Assembly: GCA_020341815.1 (NCBI GenBank)
Contig: CP070837.1
Coordinates: forward strand, 692,211-756,210
Direction: 5' to 3'
Origin: Candidatus Omnitrophota bacterium
GTDB lineage: Bacteria; Omnitrophota; Gorgyraeia; JAFGHF01
Length of the DNA: 64,000 bases
The notes below the pieces were generated by a model. The model searched no databases. It had not been told where the DNA came from and was given only the letters and a program-made list of their open reading frames with translations. This document shows positions 47,124 through 56,554 of the stretch, piece after piece (positions within the stretch are counted from its first letter, which is position 1; the number at the start of each line of letters is the position of its first letter). A program made the translations under genes and the position numbers.

Positions 47124-48158
47124 TTATTTTTGCGGCTGAATAATCACTTTTAGCGAATCAGCCGCCTCCGCAACAAGACGAAAACCTTCTTTAATTTTAT
47201 CCAGGTCGAATCTATGGGTAATCAAATCTTTAACATTTATCTTGCCCTGACTTAAGAGCTCAAGCGCCTCTAAATGCTGCGCGGGCGTTGCCGCATAGGA
47301 AGAGGTAAGCGTTATTTCGTTGCGCCAGAAGACATCGTTTATGGAAAGAGGGATGGAAACACCTTCAGCTGTAGCCGCAAAGAAAAGCACGCAACCGCCC
47401 CTCTGGACTAATTGCAGGGCCTGAATATGGGCAGACTTTGCGCCGGTGGCTACAATCACCAAATCTGCTCCTTTACCTTGGGTTAACTGGCGGAATCGCT
47501 CTACCACATCCTCTGCTTGCGGATTTATTACTTCATCCGCGCCGAACTTTCGGGCCAGGTTCAGGCGATAATCTACTATATCGCAGGCAGCGATAAAAGA
47601 GGCGCCCTTAAGACGGGCCAGTTGAATATGTAACATCCCGGATATACCGCAGCCCATCACCAAGACGCTGCTTCCTTTTGCCATACCCGCTAATTTTTGC
47701 CCGCGCAAGACACAGGCCAAGGGTTCGGTAAAGGTGGCCTCATCGTACGAGAGGTTATCCGGCAGAGGATAAACTCCGCCTAATTCTACATTTATTGCCG
47801 GAAGGCGCAGATATTCCACAAACCCGCCGGGGTCAAAATGGGTCTTGCGCAAGGTCTCGCACGTAGTCTCATGGCCTTTTAGGCAGTAACTACACCTGCC
47901 GCAGGGCACATGATGAGAAGCCGAAACCCTCTGACCTTTTTTATATTGCCTCAGGCCTTCACCAAGCTCTACTATCTCACCGGCGATTTCATGGCCTAAA
48001 ACCAAAGGCGTCTTATCACGCCTGTACCATTCAATGACATCTGTGCCGCAGACGCCTGCGGCCTCTACACGCACTAAAAGCTCGCCCGGGCCGATTTCCG
48101 GCCGGGGCACCTCTTTTATACGGATATCTTTATTATTATAATAGACGGCAACGCGCAT
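47124..48158 (-). CDS. Zinc-dependent alcohol dehydrogenase (MDR family; threonine/sorbitol dehydrogenase-like)
   Basis: 344 aa. GVCGTDV, GHE, structural-zinc Cys cluster CGRCSYC, and Rossmann GCGISG. Confidence 0.8.
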   Translation of the reverse strand: MRVAVYYNNKDIRIKEVPRPEIGPGELLVRVEAAGVCGTDVIEWYRRDKTPLVLGHEIAGEIVELGEGLRQYKKGQRVSASHHVPCGRCSYCLKGHETTCETLRKTHFDPGGFVEYLRLPAINVELGGVYPLPDNLSYDEATFTEPLACVLRGQKLAGMAKGSSVLVMGCGISGMLHIQLARLKGASFIAACDIVDYRLNLARKFGADEVINPQAEDVVERFRQLTQGKGADLVIVATGAKSAHIQALQLVQRGGCVLFFAATAEGVSIPLSINDVFWRNEITLTSSYAATPAQHLEALELLSQGKINVKDLITHRFDLDKIKEGFRLVAEAADSLKVIIQPQK

Positions 48159-48172
48159 AAAAAGTATCTGTT

Positions 48173-49297
48173 TTAAGGTGTTAAAAGAAGCTCTTCGATG
48201 AGAGACTCCAGGGTTTCCTTGGAGACGTAACCAACGAATTTCTTTACTATTTTCATTTCTCTATCGATAATAAAAGTAACGGGGATGTGATAAATTCCGC
48301 CGTATTTTTCAGTCAAGGCATAATCGCCTTTTACTACAGGATAATTTATGTCTAACTCTTCAGAAACGCTCTTTATCTTGCCGATATCGCCTCTATCTAA
48401 ATTTATACCGATTATTACCAGGCCTTCATCTTTATATTCATCATAAAGTTTAATGAAGTCGGCTATTGCCCTGCGGCAGGCCGGACATGAGCCTGTCCAG
48501 AAATTAAGGATAACTACTTTTCCTTTATAATCGTAAAGCTGCAGCTGGCTTCCCTCGATAGTAGAAAGGACAAAGTCGGGGGCGGTCTTTCTTGAAGGCG
48601 CCTCGTTTGCCCAGACTGCGGGAATTAAAATTGTTATCCCAACGATAATAAGCAATATCCCGCTGATAACCGAAACAAGCTTAAGATGTCTTCTTATTTT
48701 CGTAAACAAATTGAGCACCCATTTTATTCCGATACTCACCATTAAAAACGGCAAGGCCAGCCCTAAAGAATAAAAACATAAAAGTATTATTCCTTGCGCC
48801 ACGGTATCAGCTGTTGCTGCAAGCATAAGAATCCCTCCCAGAATCGGCCCCACGCAGGGCGTCCAGCCAAAGCCAAAGGCCATACCCACAAGCACCGAGC
48901 CCAGCCAACTCACCGGCCTTTGTTTAAGATGAAATCTTTTCTCCCGATTCAGGAATTTTATCTTAAGCAAACCGCTGAGGTGCAATCCGAAAAGGATAAT
49001 GGCCCCTGCTCCGATTATCCTGATTAGTTTCTGATGGCTAACGAAATATGAACCTAAAAATGTGGCCGAGGCCCCTAAACCCACAAAAACTAAAGAAAAC
49101 CCCAGAATAAAAAGAAGCGCCTCAGTCAAAATCAATCTTTTTTTTGTAGAAATTTCAGCCGAAGGACCCGTTAAATCCTGGGCTGATAAGCCCGTGATAA
49201 AACAGATATAGGCGGGAATAAGGGGAAGCACGCACGGTGAGAAAAATGATAAAAGGCCCGCCCCGAAAGAAATAAAAATCTGTAAAATATTGGTCAT
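48173..49297 (-). CDS. CcdA-type transmembrane domain fused to C-terminal TlpA/ResA-like thioredoxin
   Basis: 374 aa. N-terminal CcdA TM core (..FFSPCVLPLIPAY..) and a C-terminal thioredoxin (WTGSCPACRR). Confidence 0.65.
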   Translation of the reverse strand: MTNILQIFISFGAGLLSFFSPCVLPLIPAYICFITGLSAQDLTGPSAEISTKKRLILTEALLFILGFSLVFVGLGASATFLGSYFVSHQKLIRIIGAGAIILFGLHLSGLLKIKFLNREKRFHLKQRPVSWLGSVLVGMAFGFGWTPCVGPILGGILMLAATADTVAQGIILLCFYSLGLALPFLMVSIGIKWVLNLFTKIRRHLKLVSVISGILLIIVGITILIPAVWANEAPSRKTAPDFVLSTIEGSQLQLYDYKGKVVILNFWTGSCPACRRAIADFIKLYDEYKDEGLVIIGINLDRGDIGKIKSVSEELDINYPVVKGDYALTEKYGGIYHIPVTFIIDREMKIVKKFVGYVSKETLESLIEELLLTP

Positions 49298-49300
49298 TTT

Positions 49301-50404
49301 TTACAACTGCCTTAATAAGGTCTTAATATCTACATATTTCTCAATCAAATCCCTGATTATTTTCATCTTGCCTGCATCTTCAGCTCTTATTTTCACCGTC
49401 AAATCATGAACCTTGGAAGCAACGCTGTAAGTATCTCCTTTCGCCAATAGCAATGGGATTTTTGCCTTCTTCACTAAATCTACAACACTCTTATGCGGTT
49501 TAATCCCTCCGGTCAAGACAATGCCGGCTATTCGAACGCCGTCATTTTGTTTATCTGCCTGAAAGCCGGTAACGGCCAAAATCATATCTTCCCTGTCGCC
49601 GGGAGTGATAATCAGGCTTCTGTCCGAAAAATACTTTAAGGCGTCATGCGGAGCCATTGCCCCTACCAAAATCTTATCCACGCTTGTTTCCAGAGACCCT
49701 CCAGAAACTATAAGCTCAAAGTTCAATTCCTCCAAGACCTGCCTGATGGTTGGTTCAGACAATAGCTCTCTGTAAGGGATTACACCCAATGTTTTTAAGC
49801 CTTTTCTTTTTAACCCCGCGCGTACTATTCTGTTAATCTGATTGTACTTTTCCGGTTTGACTTTATTAATTATTACCCCGGCTATTTGAACGCCCTCCTT
49901 GTCAAACAGGGCCTTATTCAGCATTATCTCGTCAATTGGTCTGCCGATACCGCCTGAGGAAACTATTATTACCTTTGACGAAAGCATCTTAGCTACGGTG
50001 GCGTTGGAGAGGTCAAACACAGAGCCGACTCCGGCGTGCCCCGTGCCCTCAATTATCACTAAGTCCTTATCTTTGGCCACGGCCTTAAACGAGCTCTTAA
50101 TCCGCCTGACCAAGCCCTTGCTTTGGCCCGTTAAGATATAATTTCTGGTAAAGCCCTTTTCAATAGCCACCGGGCTCATGTCCTTAATGGGGCATTTAAT
50201 CCCGCAGGCCTTCTCTATCAATACGGAGTCCTCGTCTACCTTCTCATTTTTCTCAATAAGATACCTCTGGCCTACCGGCTTTATAAAGCCTATTCTCTTA
50301 AATCTTTCCTGCAAGGCATAGATTAACCCCAGGCTGACCACAGTCTTTCCGTCATTCTGGCCCGTTGCCGAGATAAAGATTCTTCGCGTCTTACTCTTAG
50401 GCAT
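49301..50404 (-). CDS. P-loop (CobQ/MinD-like AAA) plus DRTGG domain protein, resembling the N-terminal region of phosphotransacetylase
   Basis: 367 aa. ..IFISATGQNDGKT.. P-loop, and a DRTGG domain (..ITPGDREDMILAVTG..IVLTGGIKP..). Confidence 0.6.
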   Translation of the reverse strand: MPKSKTRRIFISATGQNDGKTVVSLGLIYALQERFKRIGFIKPVGQRYLIEKNEKVDEDSVLIEKACGIKCPIKDMSPVAIEKGFTRNYILTGQSKGLVRRIKSSFKAVAKDKDLVIIEGTGHAGVGSVFDLSNATVAKMLSSKVIIVSSGGIGRPIDEIMLNKALFDKEGVQIAGVIINKVKPEKYNQINRIVRAGLKRKGLKTLGVIPYRELLSEPTIRQVLEELNFELIVSGGSLETSVDKILVGAMAPHDALKYFSDRSLIITPGDREDMILAVTGFQADKQNDGVRIAGIVLTGGIKPHKSVVDLVKKAKIPLLLAKGDTYSVASKVHDLTVKIRAEDAGKMKIIRDLIEKYVDIKTLLRQL

Positions 50405-51697
50405 CTATTTTTTCTCCCACCTGAGCAATTCTATCACCTTGGCCAGGGTTGAGCCCCTGTCGATTTCCTCTCTCAATCTATTTTCCTGCTCCAGGACACC
50501 CATTGCCCGGTTGGTAACTTCGACTACTTTCCCTGCAGGGATACAAACCACCCCGTCATCATCGCCGACTATCCAGTCGCCGCCAGAAACTCTCACGCCA
50601 TTAATTACAATGGGTGAGCCTATCTCGCCAAAACCCTTAGGCTCTCCCGCAGAAGGCATAATAAGTGTGGAAAATGCCGGAAATTTCAATTTACGTATTT
50701 CCGATGAGTCGCGCAGAGCGCCATTTATCACTACCCCGGCAATCTTTTTCTGGATGGCCCCGTGTGTAGCTAATTCTCCCCATACCGCCGGGCCTACACC
50801 TGCGGCATCTATCACAATCACGTCTCCACAAGAGGCCTGATCAACCGCCTCCACGCTCTTTGCCCAGTCGCCGGGATAGGTGCGCACGGTCAAGGCCGGA
50901 CCCGCCATCTTCACCGCCTGCCAAACAGGACGAATACCTTTTAAATCTCCTGCGCGATGCATGGCATCGGAAAGATTAGCGGTAGAGACCTCTTTCAATA
51001 TCTTATATACCTCGTCCAGAGAAACCCTTTTGAAATATTCGCTCTTTACGGCTTTGCCTGTGGCAAGCGTCTTTTTTATCCGCCTTGCCGCCTCCAGAGG
51101 ATCCCTGGCCTTGGTTATGGCGCCACCCACAATCACGATGTTTGCGCCTGTTTTTACTGCCTGGGGTGCGGTCTCGGAGTTTATCCCTCCGGCCACAGCA
51201 ACAGGCACTCCTACTGCGCCTCTTACCCTGGCCAATTTAGCGAAAGGTTCTTTACCCTGCATCTGCTCATCGATAGCGCAGTGCACGCCGATATAATCGA
51301 CACCGAGCTTCTCTATTTCTTTTGCCCGTCTTTCCAAATCCCCATCTTTAATCTCTATCAAATCGGCCTCTATCCTGGCGCCGTAATTCTTTCCTGCCTC
51401 TACGCATTCGCGGATAGCGCTATCTGAAGCCGCTGCCAACACACAGACAATATCCGCTCCTGCCTTGGCCGCTGCCTCGGTCTCTATTCTTCCGGCGTCC
51501 ATTATCTTCATATCCGCTACGATAGTGGCCCTGGGAAACTTCCTGCGCAGCTGCCTGAGGGCGTCTAGGCCTTCGCTTTTTATCAAAGGGGTTCCGGCCT
51601 CAAGCCAATCCACGCCGCCTGCCACTGCTTCCTCAGCGACTTTCAGCGCCCTGTTCAAGTTTAAGAAATCCAACGCTACCTGTAATACCGGTTTCAT
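50405..51697 (-). CDS. Fusion of 3-hexulose-6-phosphate synthase (HPS/KGPDC family) with an RraA-like domain
   Basis: 430 aa. N-terminus starts MKPVLQVALDFLNLNRALKVAEE..VDWLEAGTPLI (HPS TIM barrel). The C-terminus matches RraA (..ANLSDAMHRAG..GDVIVIDAAG..GELATHGAIQKKIAGVVINGALRD..). Confidence 0.65.
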   Translation of the reverse strand: MKPVLQVALDFLNLNRALKVAEEAVAGGVDWLEAGTPLIKSEGLDALRQLRRKFPRATIVADMKIMDAGRIETEAAAKAGADIVCVLAAASDSAIRECVEAGKNYGARIEADLIEIKDGDLERRAKEIEKLGVDYIGVHCAIDEQMQGKEPFAKLARVRGAVGVPVAVAGGINSETAPQAVKTGANIVIVGGAITKARDPLEAARRIKKTLATGKAVKSEYFKRVSLDEVYKILKEVSTANLSDAMHRAGDLKGIRPVWQAVKMAGPALTVRTYPGDWAKSVEAVDQASCGDVIVIDAAGVGPAVWGELATHGAIQKKIAGVVINGALRDSSEIRKLKFPAFSTLIMPSAGEPKGFGEIGSPIVINGVRVSGGDWIVGDDDGVVCIPAGKVVEVTNRAMGVLEQENRLREEIDRGSTLAKVIELLRWEKK

Positions 51698-52114
51698 CTA
51701 TTCTCCTATAATCTGCACGACTATCTCGCGGGAACGGGCCCGGTTGTCAAAATCTATAAACACAATCTGCTGCCAGGTGCCCAGAAGCAGTCTCCTATTA
51801 GAAAAGGGAACGCTTAAGGAGGGTCCCAACATTGCCGCACGCACATGCGAGAAGCCATTACCGTCATGCCACCTTAAATTGTGGTGATACTCTCCCTGCC
51901 GGGGAGCAATTACTTCAAAGGCCCGGGGTATATCTTTAAGCAGTCCCGGCTCATATTCAATAGTGGTCAGGCCTGCCGTTGAGCCGGAGACAAAGACAGT
52001 TATAACGCCGTCTTTAAGCTTGGCTTCTTCAAGAGAAGCACTTACCTTATCGGTAATATCGATTATATCCGTTTCGCCTCTTGATTTTAATCTTATAGAT
52101 TTGGTTATAACCAT
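51698..52114 (-). CDS. YjbQ-family (UPF0047) protein
   Basis: 138 aa. ..ITDKV..GVITVFV.HTTA-like core and ..HVRAAMLG.. typical of YjbQ. Confidence 0.7.
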   Translation of the reverse strand: MVITKSIRLKSRGETDIIDITDKVSASLEEAKLKDGVITVFVSGSTAGLTTIEYEPGLLKDIPRAFEVIAPRQGEYHHNLRWHDGNGFSHVRAAMLGPSLSVPFSNRRLLLGTWQQIVFIDFDNRARSREIVVQIIGE

Positions 52115-52129
52115 TTTATTCCTTTTTAT

Positions 52130-52918
52130 TTATTTTTTCCTATACGCATCGAGGAACGATGCGCAGTAAATATGCTTATTTAAAATAAGCTCGGCGCAAA
52201 TCGCCGCATCCATCAATTCTTTATCCAGGGGGTCCATAATTGCCCCTTTTAACCCTAAGGCCAAAGCCATCACTAAAAAGGTCCGGTTAATCAGGCTTCT
52301 GTTTTCTGTGCCCTGGGAAACATTGCTTAAGCCCACCACCGTCTTTGGCGGCGGGTCGGATAAAAGACTGAACTCTCTTATTGCCTCCAGCACCTCTAAG
52401 CTTTGAGGCTGGGCAACATTGACCGGCAGGATTATCGGGTCAAGATAGATATCCTCATGCCCCAAGCCCGCTTCCATAGACGCAGAAATTATCACCGCGG
52501 CAAACTCGCTCCTCTGATGCCTGTCGCGGGGAATACCTTTTTTATCCATAGTCAAGCCAATCAAGCCGGCCCCATATTGCTTGGCCATAGGCAGCAAAAC
52601 ATCCAGTTTTTCCTTATCGGCGGTGGTTGAGTTTATCATGGCCTTATTTTTTATTAGCTTCAGGCCTTCTTCAATTACATTAGGCTTTGTGCTATCCAGG
52701 CACAAAGGCGTATCGGTCACTTCCTGAATGGTCTCAACCAACCACTTCATTGCCCCGACCGCATCGGCTGCCGCCGGACCTACATTTACATCCAGCATCC
52801 CCGCGCCCGCTTCCGCCTGCTCTTTGGCCAACTTCTGAATAACAGACTTATCCTTATTGGCTATTGCCTTTCCTACATTCTTAAACATCCCGTTGATTAA
52901 TTCGCCTATTACCAGCAT
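52130..52918 (-). CDS. acsE: Methyltetrahydrofolate:corrinoid iron-sulfur protein methyltransferase (pterin-binding DHPS-like barrel)
   Basis: 262 aa, the same length as Moorella MeTr. It starts MLVIGELINGMFK with pterin-binding barrel motifs, inside an acs cluster. Confidence 0.8.
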   Translation of the reverse strand: MLVIGELINGMFKNVGKAIANKDKSVIQKLAKEQAEAGAGMLDVNVGPAAADAVGAMKWLVETIQEVTDTPLCLDSTKPNVIEEGLKLIKNKAMINSTTADKEKLDVLLPMAKQYGAGLIGLTMDKKGIPRDRHQRSEFAAVIISASMEAGLGHEDIYLDPIILPVNVAQPQSLEVLEAIREFSLLSDPPPKTVVGLSNVSQGTENRSLINRTFLVMALALGLKGAIMDPLDKELMDAAICAELILNKHIYCASFLDAYRKK

Positions 52919-52922
52919 CCTT

Positions 52923-53879
52923 TTACCCTTTCTTCATCAATCTTTCGATGGTTCCTCTGACGATTTCTATTGCTTTGGGGTGTCTCATCACTAAGATACC
53001 TGCTCCGGCCAGCAATACCGAAACCGCCGTGGTTGCCTCCCATACCGGGCCGCGCTCCTTTTCCGTGCCCCACTCAGGGTGTTCTGCCTGAGGACCCTTG
53101 GCTTCTTTTGCCCGCCAGGCCTCATTCCCCACAAAGCAGATAAAAGGCATGGATAACATCTTATCTCCCATAAGAGCCGCCAGGCGCGCCCGCTCCATTA
53201 TTGAATAGGCATATTCCATGCCATAGCCAAGAGCGCCGATAGTAGGGTTCATTGCTATTTTATTTATATCAAAACCCATATCCGAAATCAGGATATTCAC
53301 CTGCTTGGCAATATTGATATCGATAGGGGATTCACCGATTATATTGTGCCCGTCGGCAAGACAGGCAGCGGTAAGGGTCTTGTAATTTTTTTCAGTAGCA
53401 TCGCCAAATAAACAATTTTCACCCTTGGCCGCCTCACAGCATTTAGGCAAAACCTCGTTGTCTTTATCATCATTGCCGCAACCCAAAACAATCAAAGGCA
53501 CGCCTACCGCCTCAAGAACCGATTTTACAACTTCTGCGGCCTTATCGGTTGATGCATTACCGAAATCGGGATGGGTACCTTGAAGCTTCAGGCAAAGTAA
53601 TTCGGCCTTATATTCGTTAACACATTTTTTTGCCCATTCGGCGGAATTTTTAAAGACATCCTTAAACGGCTCTTTCAAAACTTCAGGCCAGTCAACGGGC
53701 TCGGCATCAAATATCTCCATGGCTATCACCGGCTTATTGGGGATATCTCCTTCATTGAATAAATACGGTAAAGTGGATTCACCCCCCACAGTAACCTTGG
53801 AAGTGCGCGTCCCGGTTCCGCCGATAGTTAAGGTATTAATTGTATTGGACCACTTTTCCTTTAATAACTCCACACTCAT
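52923..53879 (-). CDS. acsD: Corrinoid iron-sulfur protein small subunit (CFeSP delta, AcsD/CdhD)
   Basis: 318 aa. TIM-barrel corrinoid protein (..LIVLGCGNDDKD..). Size and position match AcsD. Confidence 0.8.
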   Translation of the reverse strand: MSVELLKEKWSNTINTLTIGGTGTRTSKVTVGGESTLPYLFNEGDIPNKPVIAMEIFDAEPVDWPEVLKEPFKDVFKNSAEWAKKCVNEYKAELLCLKLQGTHPDFGNASTDKAAEVVKSVLEAVGVPLIVLGCGNDDKDNEVLPKCCEAAKGENCLFGDATEKNYKTLTAACLADGHNIIGESPIDINIAKQVNILISDMGFDINKIAMNPTIGALGYGMEYAYSIMERARLAALMGDKMLSMPFICFVGNEAWRAKEAKGPQAEHPEWGTEKERGPVWEATTAVSVLLAGAGILVMRHPKAIEIVRGTIERLMKKG

Positions 53880-53882
53880 CGA

Positions 53883-54641
53883 TTACCTCCTAAAAAGACC
53901 TTCGCATATTTTATTTACTGCTTCCTGTGCCTTTGAAGTTTCATCAAGCTTTCTTACATTGCCTCCGGCTAAGGCTAATTCGGATATCTCTTCATCTTCG
54001 GGTATTACGCCAGTAAGGGAAATCCCCGTGCGCCCAATCTCCTCTTTAAGTTTATTCGTCTCTCCTTGAGCCCTGTTCACTATCAGTTTTGTGTCTTTGA
54101 CGCTGATTTCTAATTCCCGGGCCAAATCCAGAATCCTTTTCGCCGAACGCAGGCCCACAACGGTATAGTCGCTGACAATGAATAAAAGGTCTATCTTCCT
54201 GGTGGTGCGCCGGGAAAGATGCTCCATTCCCGCCTCATTATCGATTACTATATAAGCATAACTTTTAGTTAATCTTTCAATCAGCGTTCGCAATAAATTA
54301 TTCACAAAGCAATAACACCCCGCACCCTCCGGACGGCCCATTACCAAAAGGTCGAATCCATCGGCCTCGCTAAGGGCATCCTGAATCTGATATTCCAGGT
54401 ATCTGTCGCGGGTCATGCCTTGTGGAATCTGCGAAGGGTTTTTGGCTATATCATCGGCAATGGCAACAATGCTCTTTTCCGACTTAACGCCTAAGGCCTC
54501 ATCCAAATTGGCATTGGGGTCGGCGTCCACAGCTAAAATAGAAGCGCCCTTATGCCTGTTCATAAGCCAGCGGATAACTAACGCTGCCAAGGTAGTTTTT
54601 CCGGTGCCGCCTTTTCCGCAAATTGCTATCGTATAGCTCAT
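53883..54641 (-). CDS. cooC: CO dehydrogenase/ACS nickel-insertion accessory ATPase (CooC/AcsF, MinD/ParA family)
   Basis: 252 aa. Deviant Walker A ICGKGGTGKTT and ..AVDADPNANL... Confidence 0.85.
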   Translation of the reverse strand: MSYTIAICGKGGTGKTTLAALVIRWLMNRHKGASILAVDADPNANLDEALGVKSEKSIVAIADDIAKNPSQIPQGMTRDRYLEYQIQDALSEADGFDLLVMGRPEGAGCYCFVNNLLRTLIERLTKSYAYIVIDNEAGMEHLSRRTTRKIDLLFIVSDYTVVGLRSAKRILDLARELEISVKDTKLIVNRAQGETNKLKEEIGRTGISLTGVIPEDEEISELALAGGNVRKLDETSKAQEAVNKICEGLFRR

Positions 54642-56554
54642 CTTGTCTTCGTCTGTAAGGTAGGAAAACGACTCAGGTCCGTATGAGGGAAAAACAAGGC
54701 TGAGACATATTCATCCATGTAACTGGGCTCTACACTCAATTCAATATAGGTCATCTTCTTGGCTATTTCCTCTGCCTCGGTCTTGGCCTCATAGGAAAGC
54801 AGGATTTCCCGGGCCCCCACCAGGGAACTGTTGCCGATAAAAGTAAACCTCTCCCGCTGCAAATCGGGAAGCAGGCCTATTGTAATTGCCTTATCAATAT
54901 CCAGATAGGTGCCGAATCCTCCGGCTATATAAAACTGCTCGATATCCTTAAAATCCAATTTTAATTTTTTCAATAAAACCGCACAGGCCGCATAGATTGC
55001 CCCTTTTGAGCGTTTGAGATTATCGATATCGGCCTCGGTAATCACGATATTGCGCGTAACGGCGGCGTCTTTTTTAGGCACCAGCACAAACTCTTTGCCT
55101 TTGGCAAACTTTCCGTTGCGGTCAATAATCCCCCGGCGGAATAATTCGGCCAGACAATCGATATATCCGGAGCCGCATATCCCTCGCGGCTTGGCATTGC
55201 CTATTGTGCTAACCTTGACTTTATTGCTTTTGTCTATTTCGACCCTCTGGATTGCACCATTTGTTGCGCGCATGCCGCATTTTACGCCACTGCCCTCAAA
55301 GGCCGGTCCGGCAGAGGCCGCGCAGGAGACCATCCATTCGCGATTACCCAAGACTATCTCTCCGTTTGTGCCCACATCAATGAGCATAGTTAACTTATCC
55401 GCCCGCTCAAGGCCGCAGGCCAAGACTCCGGCAGTAATATCTCCGCCCACATATGTGCTTACCCCGGGCACGCAGGCCAATAAGCCCCGCGGATTCACCT
55501 TTATTCCGGTCTCCGCAGCCCTGATTACCGGAACGAAATTGGCTGTGGATACATAGGGCTCTCTGCGGATAAACTTAGGGTCCACCCGCAATAAAAGATG
55601 CAGCATGGTGGTGTTTCCGGCGCACATTATCCCGTTAATATCGTTTAAATTAATCTTCTCTTCTTTAACCAGCTCCTCGATTATGGCATTAACATTATCG
55701 ATAACGGCGTGATGCAGCTTCTCCAGCCCATCGCGCTCTGAGGCATAGACAATCCGCGTAATCACATCACTGCCAAAGCTTGCCTGTTTATTATGCGTAG
55801 CCTTGGTGCCTAAAATTTCCTTTGTGTTAAGGTTTACCAGTTGCCCTGAGACAGTAGTGGTGCCGATATCTAAGGCAATACCAAAGTTTTTCTCGGAGGT
55901 ATCACCCGGTTCAACGGCAACAATCTCCACAGTGCCGTTTCGCTTGCCTAAGAGCACCGTTACCTTCCATTCGCTTTCTCTAAATAACCTTCCCAGGCGC
56001 TTAATATTGGTCAGACCCGTCTGAAGTATGGGGATGTTACTTGTCTTTCTGACGCCCCGATATAATCTTTCCAGGTCGCTTGTTGTGTCACCTAAGTCAG
56101 GAGGAGGAAGCTCAAGATAAAGCTTGGTAGCCAGGGGGCTGTGCTTAAATAAGTCCTCCTCGATTATCCTTTTGCCTTTTTCTACGTCTACCGCCTGGCT
56201 ATACATCCCTTTAAGGCGCAGGAGCTTGGCGTCCTGCTCGGAAATCTTATCCAAATCCAGCCTTGATTCCGGCGGGACCTTTACCTCTACGTCACTATGC
56301 ACCGTGGTCTGACAGGCAAGGACATAGCCTTTTCGTCTTTCCTTAAGAGAGATTCTTCCCGAGGGCTCGGTCTTTACCTGGCCCTTTTTAATAATTACCT
56401 TACACCTTCCGCAGACTCCGTCTCCGCCGCAGCTGGAATTGATATGCACCCCGGCCTCAACCGCGCAAGACAAAAGGTCCCTGCCCTTATGCGCCTCTAT
56501 CCTGGTGGCCTGAGGATGAAAAAATGTGACTTTATAGGTATCTTTGTCTTTCAT
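54638..56554 (-). CDS. Reductive activator of corrinoid iron-sulfur protein (RACo; 2Fe-2S ferredoxin + ASKHA ATPase)
   Basis: 638 aa. N-terminal plant-type 2Fe-2S (CGGDGVCGRCKV), then a large ASKHA/DUF4445 ATPase domain. It lies between acsC and cooC. Confidence 0.7.
   Translation of the reverse strand: MKDKDTYKVTFFHPQATRIEAHKGRDLLSCAVEAGVHINSSCGGDGVCGRCKVIIKKGQVKTEPSGRISLKERRKGYVLACQTTVHSDVEVKVPPESRLDLDKISEQDAKLLRLKGMYSQAVDVEKGKRIIEEDLFKHSPLATKLYLELPPPDLGDTTSDLERLYRGVRKTSNIPILQTGLTNIKRLGRLFRESEWKVTVLLGKRNGTVEIVAVEPGDTSEKNFGIALDIGTTTVSGQLVNLNTKEILGTKATHNKQASFGSDVITRIVYASERDGLEKLHHAVIDNVNAIIEELVKEEKINLNDINGIMCAGNTTMLHLLLRVDPKFIRREPYVSTANFVPVIRAAETGIKVNPRGLLACVPGVSTYVGGDITAGVLACGLERADKLTMLIDVGTNGEIVLGNREWMVSCAASAGPAFEGSGVKCGMRATNGAIQRVEIDKSNKVKVSTIGNAKPRGICGSGYIDCLAELFRRGIIDRNGKFAKGKEFVLVPKKDAAVTRNIVITEADIDNLKRSKGAIYAACAVLLKKLKLDFKDIEQFYIAGGFGTYLDIDKAITIGLLPDLQRERFTFIGNSSLVGAREILLSYEAKTEAEEIAKKMTYIELSVEPSYMDEYVSALFFPHTDLSRFPTLQTKTR

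Noticed and set aside
50439-51427. Plus-strand ORFs 50439-50840, 50880-51296 and 50957-51427
   Set aside because: They are antisense to the HPS-RraA fusion gene and have no support.
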